From contig CAWINB010000001.1 in assembly GCA_963837465.1 (NCBI GenBank), forward strand, positions 565,646-629,645: a stretch of DNA of 64,000 nt, given 5' to 3'. The notes beneath the pieces are model-generated. The model was not told the DNA's origin. It ran no database searches and saw nothing but the letters and a program-made list of their open reading frames with translations. The stretch's first letter is position 1. Every line of letters begins with the position of its first letter. This DNA is from Candidatus Doudnabacteria bacterium. Its GTDB lineage: Bacteria > Patescibacteriota > Doudnabacteria > UBA920. Shown in pieces: positions 1 through 9,003 of this stretch. The position numbers and the translations under genes were made by a program.

Positions 1-191
1 GTTCAACTCCGCCCTGGCCAGTATCAAACATGGGAATAATTTTAGCCAGATCATTTTGTTCTTCTTCCTCGTAAATAACTTGTCGGATGTCGTCCAAGGT
101 AAAATCACTGCCGGCTTCTTTAAGCAAATCGGTTAGCTCCTGCTCAATTTCCTGCTTATGCTCAATAATTTGTTCGAGATTTTCCTGTTCC
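1..191 (-). CDS. hypothetical protein, N-terminal fragment (gene runs off the window start)
   Basis: Minus-strand ATG at 189-191 opens MEQENLEQIIEHKQEIEQELTDLL... with no stop before position 1; lies 15 nt downstream of the stop of 206..1354; absent from ORF track because incomplete. Confidence 0.3.
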
Positions 192-205
192 ATACCCAAG
201 CAATT

Positions 206-1354
206 TTATGCTAATTCTTTTATTTGGCTCAGCCCGTCTTTAATCATGTTAACATTATCAATTACAAATCCTGTAATTTGCCCAACAGTAAAGTCAGAGT
301 TCAATAAAACGGAACGGTAAAAATCGGTCTCGCCGTATTTATTAAACATTTTATCTCCCATTGGATATTCCTTAAGGTTGCCGCCAATGTGGACAAAATT
401 AAACCACAATTTTTGTTCTAAAAGAGATTCGGCAACTTTTTTTGATCCCTTGCCGTAACCGGCGTAACCCTGCACCATTTGCCGGTAGTGGTCGCCCTGA
501 ATTTGTACCGTAAGGAACAGCCCCTTTTTCAGGACATAAGCCACGTCCATCATGCCTTGGGCATGGGATAGGCCTGATGAAAAATAGTAACCCCCTTCTT
601 TCCTTCCCGCATCCTTCGGCTTCCCAGGCATGGCGTCTTTGAAGCGGTTGATGCCGTCTTCAAAAAACACTTCCGCCTCAGGAAAGGCATTACGTAATTT
701 TTTACAAATTTCAACGGCCAGTATCTGGTACTTGAGTTTTTGGTAAATGTCGCCCATGCGCAGATCGCACAAAGCGCCGTAGGTATTATCATTGGTTATG
801 GAGTAAAAACTAAATTTATCATTGGGCTTAACGGTTATGTCTTGAAAGATTTTGCTTAAAGCAGATATAACGAAAATGTAGTCCTTAATGATATGGCTAT
901 CGTAGCTATCGTCCAAGTTTGAGTAGTTGCTTTCCATTAAGGCTGCCAGTTCCGCGTAAGTCAGCTTGGCCCAACCATCAGGAAGATCAAAAGACGGCTC
1001 AATCAAAGTTAGCAGCAGGAAATTTTGATTGACTGACGAATTCTGGCTGTAATATTTTAGCTGTTCCAGATTAGGCAGGCTTTTTACCTTATTTTCTATA
1101 ACCAGCTCTTGGCCGTTGGCAAAGAATAGGCATATATCTCGATTTTTCGCTTCCCGCTCCGTGCGGATTACAGAGGCATTGCCGTTTTGGTCTTTCAAAA
1201 ATTTTGAAAATAATTTACCAGTCTGCTGGGGATATTTTTCCGCCAGCCAAGCTATAAAATTGCTATGAAAAAGCTCTTTTGAACCAAGTGAAAAATTAAA
1301 AACTGCTGAGTTTTTAAGACCCTGTTTCAATTTTTCAATTTCTAAAATTTCCAC
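206..1354 (-). CDS. hypothetical protein with PD-(D/E)XK-like nuclease motif
   Basis: 382-aa ORF; D..E-x-K pattern (NRDICLFFANGQELVIENK) typical of PD-(D/E)XK nucleases; no specific family recognised. Confidence 0.5.
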   Translation of the reverse strand: MEILEIEKLKQGLKNSAVFNFSLGSKELFHSNFIAWLAEKYPQQTGKLFSKFLKDQNGNASVIRTEREAKNRDICLFFANGQELVIENKVKSLPNLEQLKYYSQNSSVNQNFLLLTLIEPSFDLPDGWAKLTYAELAALMESNYSNLDDSYDSHIIKDYIFVISALSKIFQDITVKPNDKFSFYSITNDNTYGALCDLRMGDIYQKLKYQILAVEICKKLRNAFPEAEVFFEDGINRFKDAMPGKPKDAGRKEGGYYFSSGLSHAQGMMDVAYVLKKGLFLTVQIQGDHYRQMVQGYAGYGKGSKKVAESLLEQKLWFNFVHIGGNLKEYPMGDKMFNKYGETDFYRSVLLNSDFTVGQITGFVIDNVNMIKDGLSQIKELA

Positions 1355-1364
1355 AAAATTATTA

Positions 1365-1733
1365 TTATCTTTTTTTAGACGAGGTTATAGTGTCCATGGA
1401 ACATTTGCCGGTAAAAGAAGCACCTTCTTCTACTTTTAAGGTTGGGCAAATGATGTCACCGCTAACTTTGGCTGTGGATAACAAAATCAACCGCCCGGAG
1501 ATGTTTATATGGCCCTGTACTTCTCCAGCGATAACCGCGCTTTCAGCCTCCGTCTCAGCCGTAATTTTCGCATTCGGGGTTATAGATATTGTTTGAGTGG
1601 TTGCAATCTTACCTTCAACACGGCCTTCAATTTTAATACTGCCTTGGCTGGTCAATTCTCCTAGTATAATGGCCGAAGGACCGATCACGGTTTCTGTTTG
1701 TTCCTCCAAAGTGTCTTCAAGTTTTTTGGCCAT
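1365..1733 (-). CDS. bactofilin family (polymer-forming cytoskeletal) protein
   Basis: 122 aa with beta-helical repeats IKIEGRVEGKI / VIAGEVQGHINISG / AKVSGDI characteristic of bactofilins. Confidence 0.8.
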   Translation of the reverse strand: MAKKLEDTLEEQTETVIGPSAIILGELTSQGSIKIEGRVEGKIATTQTISITPNAKITAETEAESAVIAGEVQGHINISGRLILLSTAKVSGDIICPTLKVEEGASFTGKCSMDTITSSKKR

Positions 1734-1920
1734 AAACTCCTTTTCGCTAAAGGTTATAAATTTAAGTCGTTTATATCAATCCCGGCTTCATCGGCTCGCT
1801 CCAAAGTTTCGTCAGCGTCACCATTTAAAATATCTTCGCCAAGCTCGTCCTTGAAGCTATTGCTATCAGGTTCTTGTCTGCTTTTATCATCCAGGTCTTT
1901 AGGTAACATAAATTTATTAT

Positions 1921-2926
1921 TTAATTTTTTGCCAACAAACGTTCCCTAATTTCATCAATATGCACTGACCTGCTTTGGTCTGCCGGAAAAATCTCTCTCA
2001 TGCTATAAGGGAAATATCCGCAAAGGCCTTCCATAATCGGCAATGCGTAATAATGTCCACCGCGCTCAAAATTCTCTCTAAAACTTTCTGGGGACGCTGT
2101 GCTAATTACGTAGATTTTTAAACCATAATTTTTTACCCCGTCAACCAAAATTTTATTGATATGCTGGTCTTTGAAGCCGTAACCTATAATCACCAATCTT
2201 TTATTTCCTTCTTTTATAACATTTTGGAATAGCTCAAAATAACACTTCAACAAAGGCTCACGCTCAATATCTTCCTCTTTATTTTTTCCAATCACCATTT
2301 GATTTAAGCCATTAGACGACCTCCACCCGTAGGAGCCGTGAAGTTTTATATAAACAAGCCCATTGTGATCGGCTATGCCTTTTTCTACTTTTTCGGAAAC
2401 CGCATCAGATGATAAGGTCACAAAAAAATTACTTTGGAATTCCGTACTTCTAAAATTATAAAAATCCTGTGGGGAAAAAAGGAGCGCCGGGGGAACGATA
2501 ACGGTATTCCCGTTCCATAAATAAATCTTGGTTTAAAGTAAAATGAAACCCTCTCTTTTGGCCATTTGCGGGTTGGAATAGATTCATCAAATCGCCATTC
2601 AAGCCGTAAATGTTAAAGGCAGTTGGATTATCGTTATTAAAAATCCAATTGCGAGTAGCGTCATCAAGTTTTTTATAAACAGCCTCTACTACCTGTTGCA
2701 TGGTCTGTTTTTCGCTGTCGCTAAACCCATTGCCGCGCAACACCCGCGAATAGACATCTTCATAGTCAAAATTTTCTCTTAAGAGGTTAGCTATGTTTGG
2801 GGTACTTTGAATGGCCGAGCTGTTGAAAATTTTTGACCACATTTCCTTGCCCAAAAAACCGTTAAAATTTTTGGTAAAGCCTGCTCCGGTTAGAAGTATT
2901 AAATTTTTTGATTGCCATTTTGCCAT
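1921..2926 (-). pseudogene. SIR2-like (SIR2_2 / DHS-like NAD-binding) protein, split by a frameshift into ORFs 2456..2926 and 1921..2421
   Basis: N-part has GAGFT glycine motif; C-part starts at GTG and has LVIIGYGFKD and YIKLHGS (catalytic His) motifs; frames differ by 1 around G/A homopolymers at 2470-2495. Confidence 0.65.
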
Positions 2927-2942
2927 AAATAAATCATCAGGA

Positions 2943-3944
2943 TTAACTGCCTACAGTGGCAGTTTCAGCTTTTTCTAAATGCTGTTTGATATTTTCCCAA
3001 AGTTTAATAAAATATAGTCTTGCAAATTCCTGGGCGGAGTGTTTTTGATAGCTTAAGTTTTTTAATTCTTCTAAATTTTGGTTTAAGCTTTGTAGTGTAA
3101 ACTGACTTTTGAATAAAATTAACGCTAATTCAACAGTTGAATTAAGCTGCTGGTCTTGGCTCTCAAACATCATGCTCGATAACTGTTCGTCTGTTATATC
3201 CCCGCTAAAAGCATACGGCCGGCCGTATGACCCAAAAGTTAGCTGCTCTTCAATTAATCCTTTCATCCTATCGTCATTCATCCAAGGCTTAAAAACAAAG
3301 GTTAATATTGCAGCCCATGCTTCCGGTAAAGTTTCGGGAAATAATTTTTTAGCAAGGTAATCCAAGTCTGGATCGTACTCATTTTTAGAATTAACCCAAA
3401 GTTTATTTCTAAGCAAATCTGTAAATTTTTCAAGGGTTACTTTTTGTACTATACTATTTTCCTTTATCCCAGCTAAAGTCACTAACCATTCATAGGGAAA
3501 ACGTTCCCATATATTGTTGTTAAACCTATCGCGAATTTTTGTAACTTCGTCAAAAAAGTTCCGATAAAAGTCAGGTAATATTTCTTTGGCATAGTACCTA
3601 TTAATATTATTTACAATCTTTTGTTCGCCCTTAAATTTTTCTACATGTTTTACAAGCGCATCAAAAAAACCATAGACGGTTATGTTTCCTTCGGCAAATA
3701 TTCTTTTTTGGATATATTCAAAAATTCCAACAAGGATAATACGTAACTGATTGTACTCTGACCAAGTTTCTCTTTTGCTCTCATCTTTCGGATCTAAAAA
3801 CTCCATTTCTTTTTGCCAAGTATTAAAGCGCCAATCTAAAACAACTGGTAAAGCTTTATAAGCCAAAAAGAAACTAGACCTTTTTTCTAAAGAGGTCTGA
3901 AAGTCGCCTAACAATTTTGATGAAAGTTTTAAATCTTCAATCAT
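2943..3944 (-). CDS. hypothetical protein
   Basis: 333-aa ORF, 16 nt upstream of SIR2 gene, overlaps stop of next gene by 4 nt; no recognisable motif. Confidence 0.55.
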   Translation of the reverse strand: MIEDLKLSSKLLGDFQTSLEKRSSFFLAYKALPVVLDWRFNTWQKEMEFLDPKDESKRETWSEYNQLRIILVGIFEYIQKRIFAEGNITVYGFFDALVKHVEKFKGEQKIVNNINRYYAKEILPDFYRNFFDEVTKIRDRFNNNIWERFPYEWLVTLAGIKENSIVQKVTLEKFTDLLRNKLWVNSKNEYDPDLDYLAKKLFPETLPEAWAAILTFVFKPWMNDDRMKGLIEEQLTFGSYGRPYAFSGDITDEQLSSMMFESQDQQLNSTVELALILFKSQFTLQSLNQNLEELKNLSYQKHSAQEFARLYFIKLWENIKQHLEKAETATVGS

Positions 3945-4435
3945 GGTTTATTAAAGAGTTGGTTTACGGTATCAACAAAAATTGTAAAAAATTCGCTTTC
4001 ATTTTCGGAATTTATTTTATCTGAATTCCAAACGGAACTCCAGGATTCTTCAGCATCTTTGGAATTAGTTAGTTTTCTTAAAAAATCAAATCGCAATGGA
4101 AATTTATTTCCTTTGAGCCATTGGTAAGATTTAATAAAGGATCGCCCTAGCAACACAACCCCACCAGCCCATAATAAAAGTTCGATGAATCTGAAAATAA
4201 TGCTTGAGTTATGCCAAAAGAAAACTGGTAAAAAAATCATGGCTAAATAAAATAGTAGCCCTTTTGAATCAATTACGTGATCCAAAATAACATGGTTATC
4301 CAGTTCCCTAAACTCGTTTTCATGATCAAAAATAGCTATAGCAACTGGGATTAAAATGGTAAGGCACGCCAGCCCAATGTTTTGAGCAAGTGCCGGAAAA
4401 TCATTGTTGCATAATAGAGAAAAAAGAAAAGGCAT
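3941..4435 (-). CDS. small integral membrane protein (3-4 predicted TM helices)
   Basis: 164 aa with hydrophobic stretches LACLTILIPVAIAIF, LLFYLAMIFLPVFFW, LLLWAGGVVLLG. Confidence 0.55.
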   Translation of the reverse strand: MPFLFSLLCNNDFPALAQNIGLACLTILIPVAIAIFDHENEFRELDNHVILDHVIDSKGLLFYLAMIFLPVFFWHNSSIIFRFIELLLWAGGVVLLGRSFIKSYQWLKGNKFPLRFDFLRKLTNSKDAEESWSSVWNSDKINSENESEFFTIFVDTVNQLFNKP

Positions 4436-4495
4436 TTTGTCTTATTGGCTAAAAATATTTCTGTACTAAAATATTAAAAAAATAATTTTTATAAT

Positions 4496-5587
4496 TTATT
4501 TCCCCGACTTAGTTCTATTATCTTGTTTGCATAACATCTGACAATTTTTTGAAACTGTTTTTCCACCCTCGTGCCAAGGTTTTATATGGTCAGCTTCCAT
4601 TTCGGAAATATCAAATTCTTTTTTACAAAATCGGCAAAAACCATTCTGTCGTTCATACGCCTCGCGCTTCATTTTGTCAGTAAACGCGCGGATAGAAAGA
4701 TAGTTTTCCTGCCTGGTTAAAACATACGGATAAATGCCAGACTTTTTGGTCACGTCTTCGTCTTGCATTAATTCTTTGACTTCGTTTTCCAGTTTTTTGG
4801 AATTAAGCTTTACGCCTTTAAATTCGTTATACAGTTCTCCCCACTGCACATCGCCCATCTCTTTGCGATAATTAGGAAAAGTTGCGCGCGCCCACTCAAT
4901 CACCATTTGAAAATATTGCCATAGTTGGTCGGCATTTTTGTCGTGCTGATGTTTGGCCATGTAACCCTCTATTTTGCCACCATTAATCCAAGAAAGCACA
5001 GTCTCTAAATAGTCCTGCCTGATGGGTGATCCATTCATTAACTTCCCTCCGTCGTTTGCCAAAAGATAGGCCACGCAATTTGTTTTGCTAAATTTTAACT
5101 TCGCATCAGAAAGCCACGGACCAGTATAAACTGCATTGCGTATCTCCTGCTGGGTAAGTTTTTCCCCCGAAATATTTATTATGGTAAACCAGTCAATCCG
5201 TTCCTTGTCCGTGCCCTCGCAAAAATAAATCATTAGCTCATAATCCAAAATCTGATTCTTTTCTTCATCGGTTAGGTTGTGAAAGTAAAGCTCGTTGAGT
5301 GAAAAATCGCCGTGTACATATTGCCCAATGCTGATAGTGCGCTGCTGCCCATCAAGGACCTCATAGTTGTCGGCGTCGATTTTCATCCAATACATCACAT
5401 TCAACGGAAAACCCTTTTTAATTGTCTCAATTACCGCGTCGCGCTGCTTGCCGCTATAAACAAATTCGCGCTGGTATTTTGGACGGATATCAAGTTTGCC
5501 ATTGTAAGCCACTACGCCTTCTTCCGAGCTGTCTTTATAGCCGGTAGCGATTTTTCGAATTGTAATGCGATGTAATTCTATTTTCAT
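4496..5587 (-). CDS. DUF262 (ParB-like nuclease) plus C-terminal HNH endonuclease; GmrSD-like type IV restriction-type protein
   Basis: DGQQRTISIG motif of DUF262; C-terminal HIKPWHEGG...CQMLCKQDNRTK HNH motif. Confidence 0.8.
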   Translation of the reverse strand: MKIELHRITIRKIATGYKDSSEEGVVAYNGKLDIRPKYQREFVYSGKQRDAVIETIKKGFPLNVMYWMKIDADNYEVLDGQQRTISIGQYVHGDFSLNELYFHNLTDEEKNQILDYELMIYFCEGTDKERIDWFTIINISGEKLTQQEIRNAVYTGPWLSDAKLKFSKTNCVAYLLANDGGKLMNGSPIRQDYLETVLSWINGGKIEGYMAKHQHDKNADQLWQYFQMVIEWARATFPNYRKEMGDVQWGELYNEFKGVKLNSKKLENEVKELMQDEDVTKKSGIYPYVLTRQENYLSIRAFTDKMKREAYERQNGFCRFCKKEFDISEMEADHIKPWHEGGKTVSKNCQMLCKQDNRTKSGK

Positions 5588-5600
5588 AACTATTTGTTCA

Positions 5601-6569
5601 CTATCTCTTTTTAATAAATAATCGTTTGAATGTTTCCTTCTTATTCAAAAATGAGCCTCTGCCGTAGACCCCATTTAGATCTTGATCTATACCGCGATTT
5701 GATCCCACAATTTCGAATTGTTCAGGATTATATCTATCAAGAAAAGTTACCGGCACGCCCATCACCCCATTATAATTCATCGGGATTTCCGAAAATTTTG
5801 ACACCTCAATCGCATCATAATTATCGTATATAGGGTATTCTTTTACACTGTATTTTTTATATAAGTTTAATTTCTCATGACGCTTCGTTGTATCCAGATT
5901 TGTGAACCACATAATACTTCCCATGCTAAAATACTTAATACCGTTCTCAACTTTTACTCTTGACTCTGTTGGTATGTCATAGTCAGCAGGCACCTGAAAC
6001 CATTTCGTTCCGCCATTATCGTAACCGAGCCACATCTTATTTTCTTTTATAAATTTAAATATTTCCTTATAAATAATGGCGTTTTGATTGCCGAGAACCA
6101 AAAACTTTTTATTGTATTCAAAAAGTTGTGCGATGTATTCGCGAAATAAAGAAAACGGTGGATTAGTAACCACGATGTCGGATTGTTTTAAAAGGCTAAT
6201 GCATTCTTGACTGCGGAAGTCGCCAGTACCTATCATCTGGGTTATAAAATCATTTGGATCAGGCAAACGACTACCTTTTTTCCCGCCGGTATACTCCAGT
6301 TTATAAGGTTGCTCATGGGTAAAAAGGTTGGCCTCTTTGTAGTGCGTGGCGATTAGTTTTTTAAGCCCCAGGTCTTGAAAGTTCAAAGTAAAATATTTAA
6401 CAAAGTTGCTTTCTTTTGGATCGTCACAGTTGCAAAAAACGACCTTGCCGCGGAATTGATCCTTGTAGTGCTTTATCTCATTTTCAATATCAGTAAGCTG
6501 AGTATAAAACTCATCTTTTTTTGCGTGGCTTGCTTTGTTCAAGTTTTTATTTAATATTTTTTTGATCAT
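5601..6569 (-). CDS. N6-adenine-specific DNA methyltransferase
   Basis: IVVTNPPF catalytic motif IV; 13 nt upstream of DUF262-HNH gene. Confidence 0.65.
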   Translation of the reverse strand: MIKKILNKNLNKASHAKKDEFYTQLTDIENEIKHYKDQFRGKVVFCNCDDPKESNFVKYFTLNFQDLGLKKLIATHYKEANLFTHEQPYKLEYTGGKKGSRLPDPNDFITQMIGTGDFRSQECISLLKQSDIVVTNPPFSLFREYIAQLFEYNKKFLVLGNQNAIIYKEIFKFIKENKMWLGYDNGGTKWFQVPADYDIPTESRVKVENGIKYFSMGSIMWFTNLDTTKRHEKLNLYKKYSVKEYPIYDNYDAIEVSKFSEIPMNYNGVMGVPVTFLDRYNPEQFEIVGSNRGIDQDLNGVYGRGSFLNKKETFKRLFIKKR

Positions 6570-6738
6570 AGGCTTGCGGACGGAAATATAGCGACATTAA
6601 TATACTTTAATTTTATCACTTTTCCTTGCTTTTGGTAAGCCGGAAAATGAGGAGTTTCCAAGGGTTTTGGCGGGCTGGACAAGGCACGTGGGTTGCGTCA
6701 TTCATGTCTTGTAAGCAACTAACCAGAAAGGAGAAAAT

Positions 6739-8085
6739 ATGCAAGGATTAAGGACAAAACAGGCGGTCGGGCTGATAGACCAATCAGCCGCGCCGCCGCA
6801 AATAGCAGCAACGGTCAAATACTGCCTCTACAGCAGAAAAAGTTCCGAGGACGACGAACGCCAGGCGCTGTCCATAGACAGCCAAATTAAGGAGATGCGG
6901 GCCATGGCCCAGCGCGAGAATATGGAGGTGGTGGAGGTAAGAAAAGAAAGCCACTCTGCCAAAGCCTCGGGCATGAGGCCGGTCTACAATCAACTCTTAG
7001 TAGACATAAGAGCCGGAATGTTTAACGGAATTTTGACCTGGGCACCGGATAGGCTCTCCCGTAATGCCGGAGACTTGGGCGGGTTGGTAGATCTGATGGA
7101 TCAGGGCTACTTAAAAGAAATCCGTACCCATGGCCAAAGATTTACCAACTCACCAAACGAAAAATTCCTGCTGATGATTTTATGCTCTCAAGCCAAGCTA
7201 GAAAACGACAACCGCGGCATTAACGTAAAGCGCGGGCAGCGGGCAAGGCTGGATACTGGCCATCGGCCATGCCTGGCTCCCATAGGTTACCTGAACGAAA
7301 AAATCGGTTACCGCGGAGGGAGCAAAATCATAATAGACCCGGATAGGTCAAATTTTGTAAAACAGATGTTCGACCTAGTGGCCAACAAATTCTACACCGG
7401 CAGAGCTATATATAATTGGGCTAAAGAGGTGGGGTTTACCACCAGAAGCGGCAAGCCGGTGGCTTTAAGCAGTATTTTCCGGATGCTGGGGTCTACCTTC
7501 TACTACGGAGAGTTTGAGTGGCCGGTGGGCAGCGGGCAAATCTACCAAGGCAACTACCCAGCCTTGATAACCAAAGAGCTGTTTGAAAAGGCCAGAAAAA
7601 ATCTGATGACTGCCCCTAAGTCCAAGCCCGGAACTAAAGAGTTTAATTTTACCAAGCTGTTCTACTGCGGCTCCTGCCACAGCGGCATCACGGCCGAGGA
7701 CAAAATTAAATACCTTAAGGACGGGACGGTAAACAAATATATCTACTACCACTGCAGCCAATCCCAGGACTTGGACTGTCCCGAGCCATATATCAGGGAG
7801 GAAGACTTGCTGGAGCAGTTGATCAGTATCATAGATAAAATAGACCTGAATAAGTCCGGACTAAAGCAGCAGATAGACAGCGAGCTGGAACGGCTGCAAA
7901 GCTTTAGTAGCGGCATCTTAGGCAAGATGCTGACGGGCCAAGATCTGACCCAAAAGTTCAGCCCCAAAGAATATGCCAAGCATATTATCAGATACGGCAA
8001 CCATGATGAGAAACGCCAGCTGTTGCAATCCATCAACTCAAAAATTTACCTCAAAAACAGGAAGCTCAAGGTCGGTAAAAGATAA
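6739..8085 (+). CDS. large serine recombinase (integrase)
   Basis: N-terminal resolvase motif YSRKSSEDDERQALSIDSQ, recombinase domain, zinc-ribbon CGSCHSG; RBS aggaga upstream. Confidence 0.85.
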   Translation: MQGLRTKQAVGLIDQSAAPPQIAATVKYCLYSRKSSEDDERQALSIDSQIKEMRAMAQRENMEVVEVRKESHSAKASGMRPVYNQLLVDIRAGMFNGILTWAPDRLSRNAGDLGGLVDLMDQGYLKEIRTHGQRFTNSPNEKFLLMILCSQAKLENDNRGINVKRGQRARLDTGHRPCLAPIGYLNEKIGYRGGSKIIIDPDRSNFVKQMFDLVANKFYTGRAIYNWAKEVGFTTRSGKPVALSSIFRMLGSTFYYGEFEWPVGSGQIYQGNYPALITKELFEKARKNLMTAPKSKPGTKEFNFTKLFYCGSCHSGITAEDKIKYLKDGTVNKYIYYHCSQSQDLDCPEPYIREEDLLEQLISIIDKIDLNKSGLKQQIDSELERLQSFSSGILGKMLTGQDLTQKFSPKEYAKHIIRYGNHDEKRQLLQSINSKIYLKNRKLKVGKR

Positions 8086-8206
8086 AGTACCCAGGACTCG
8101 AACCAAGGGTTTAAGCGGGATTTTTATCAAGAGGAGAGTTGGGAATCGAACCAAAAAACCCTAATAAAAATAGAAAAAGTTATTCAAAGTAATTTTTTAC
8201 AAAACA

Positions 8207-8238
8207 AAATCCGAGAGCGGTAAAGTTCTCGGATTTTG
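8207..8238 (+). terminator. hairpin aaaatccgagag/ctctcggatttt followed by tgtt
   Basis: perfect stem with T-rich tail about 120 nt after recombinase stop. Confidence 0.4.
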
Positions 8239-8305
8239 TTATTGACCCCATTTTCACGGTATAAGGCCCCTAGGGCACCTGGGTCAATTTTGAAACCTGT
8301 AATAG

Positions 8306-8712
8306 TGGCTCGGGAGCTGGGATTCGAACCCAGGACCCATCGGTTACACTTAACCCTAATATTTCTACTAGGCGTGGACTATATCATCATCCCCGATGGA
8401 GGGACGCGAGGCGCTTGGGTCGATTTTATCAACCTACTCCCATAAAGGGATAGTCTCTGAACCTTCAATGGCTTTCGCCAAAGTTTGGCTGCTGATTGCC
8501 TTGTGGTATTTATATACCAGTTAGGTTTCCAGTCCGCCTTCGTCTGCCTGTAGCAGATTATAGCGGATCCGTGCTATAAAAACAAATTATAGTTACGGGC
8601 AATTCACCTCGTTTTTCAATCTCAATTACTTGAGAAAGCTGCTAATTTTCAACTTATTTTGAGACAAGTTGACGGTCTACAGCCGATTGCTCTACCGCTG
8701 AGCTACTCCCGA
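8306..8712 (-). tRNA. tRNA-Asn(GUU) interrupted by a group I intron
   Basis: Exons 8679-8712 (TCGGGAG TA GCTC AGCGGTA GAGC A ATCGG CTGT) and 8306-8346 (TAA CCGAT GGGTC CTGGG TTCGAAT CCCAG CTCCCGA G CCA) join to a canonical 76-nt cloverleaf, anticodon GTT, discriminator G. Confidence 0.7.
8347..8678 (-). ncRNA. group I intron in tRNA anticodon loop (between positions 35 and 36)
   Basis: Conserved R element GTTCAGAGACTA (8448-8463 rc) and S element GATGATATAGTCC (8373-8390 rc); internal guide TTAGCAGC pairs with ligated junction GCTGT/TAA with G.U at splice site; ends in G. Confidence 0.7.
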
Positions 8713-8798
8713 ATATCACAATATTTAATTGTCTTTGGTAGTTTAACAAAACTCCCGGCTTTAATCAATAGCCAAAAGTAGGCGATATTTAAGGATTA

Positions 8799-8933
8799 CT
8801 AGATCTTGGCGCTTTCATCAACCTCTTCTTCCGTAACTTCCGGGCCGATTCTTAAAATTACGGCAAACCAGTAGAGCAGGAATCCGAAGATGCCTAAGGA
8901 GCCAAAGGATAAGATTGTTTCTATTATTCCCAT
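8799..8933 (-). CDS. possible 44-aa hydrophobic peptide
   Basis: MGIIETILSFGSLGIFGFLLYWFAVILRIGPEVTEEEVDESAKI; too short for ORF track; no other support. Confidence 0.2.
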   Translation of the reverse strand: MGIIETILSFGSLGIFGFLLYWFAVILRIGPEVTEEEVDESAKI

Positions 8934-9003
8934 ACAATTTTTAGGAACCTGCCTCAAAATTCCATTTTGGTTGAAACCGTGTAATTTTGAGATGGATTCC
9001 GTT

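Noticed and set aside
87-320. ORF 87..320 (+), 77 aa
   Set aside because: Antisense to the better-supported minus-strand genes (partial 1..191 and 206..1354); Ser/Cys-rich low-complexity translation.
8236-8445. ORF 8236..8445 (+), 69 aa
   Set aside because: Overlaps the group I intron and 3' exon of tRNA-Asn on the opposite strand; no protein features.
8306-8712. Considered tmRNA because of the about 400-nt span ending in a tRNA-like T-arm/acceptor/CCA
   Set aside because: The 5' part has a complete D arm and anticodon stem rather than a tmRNA pseudoknot region. Group I R/S elements and an IGS matching the anticodon-loop junction are present. No tag-peptide reading frame was seen.
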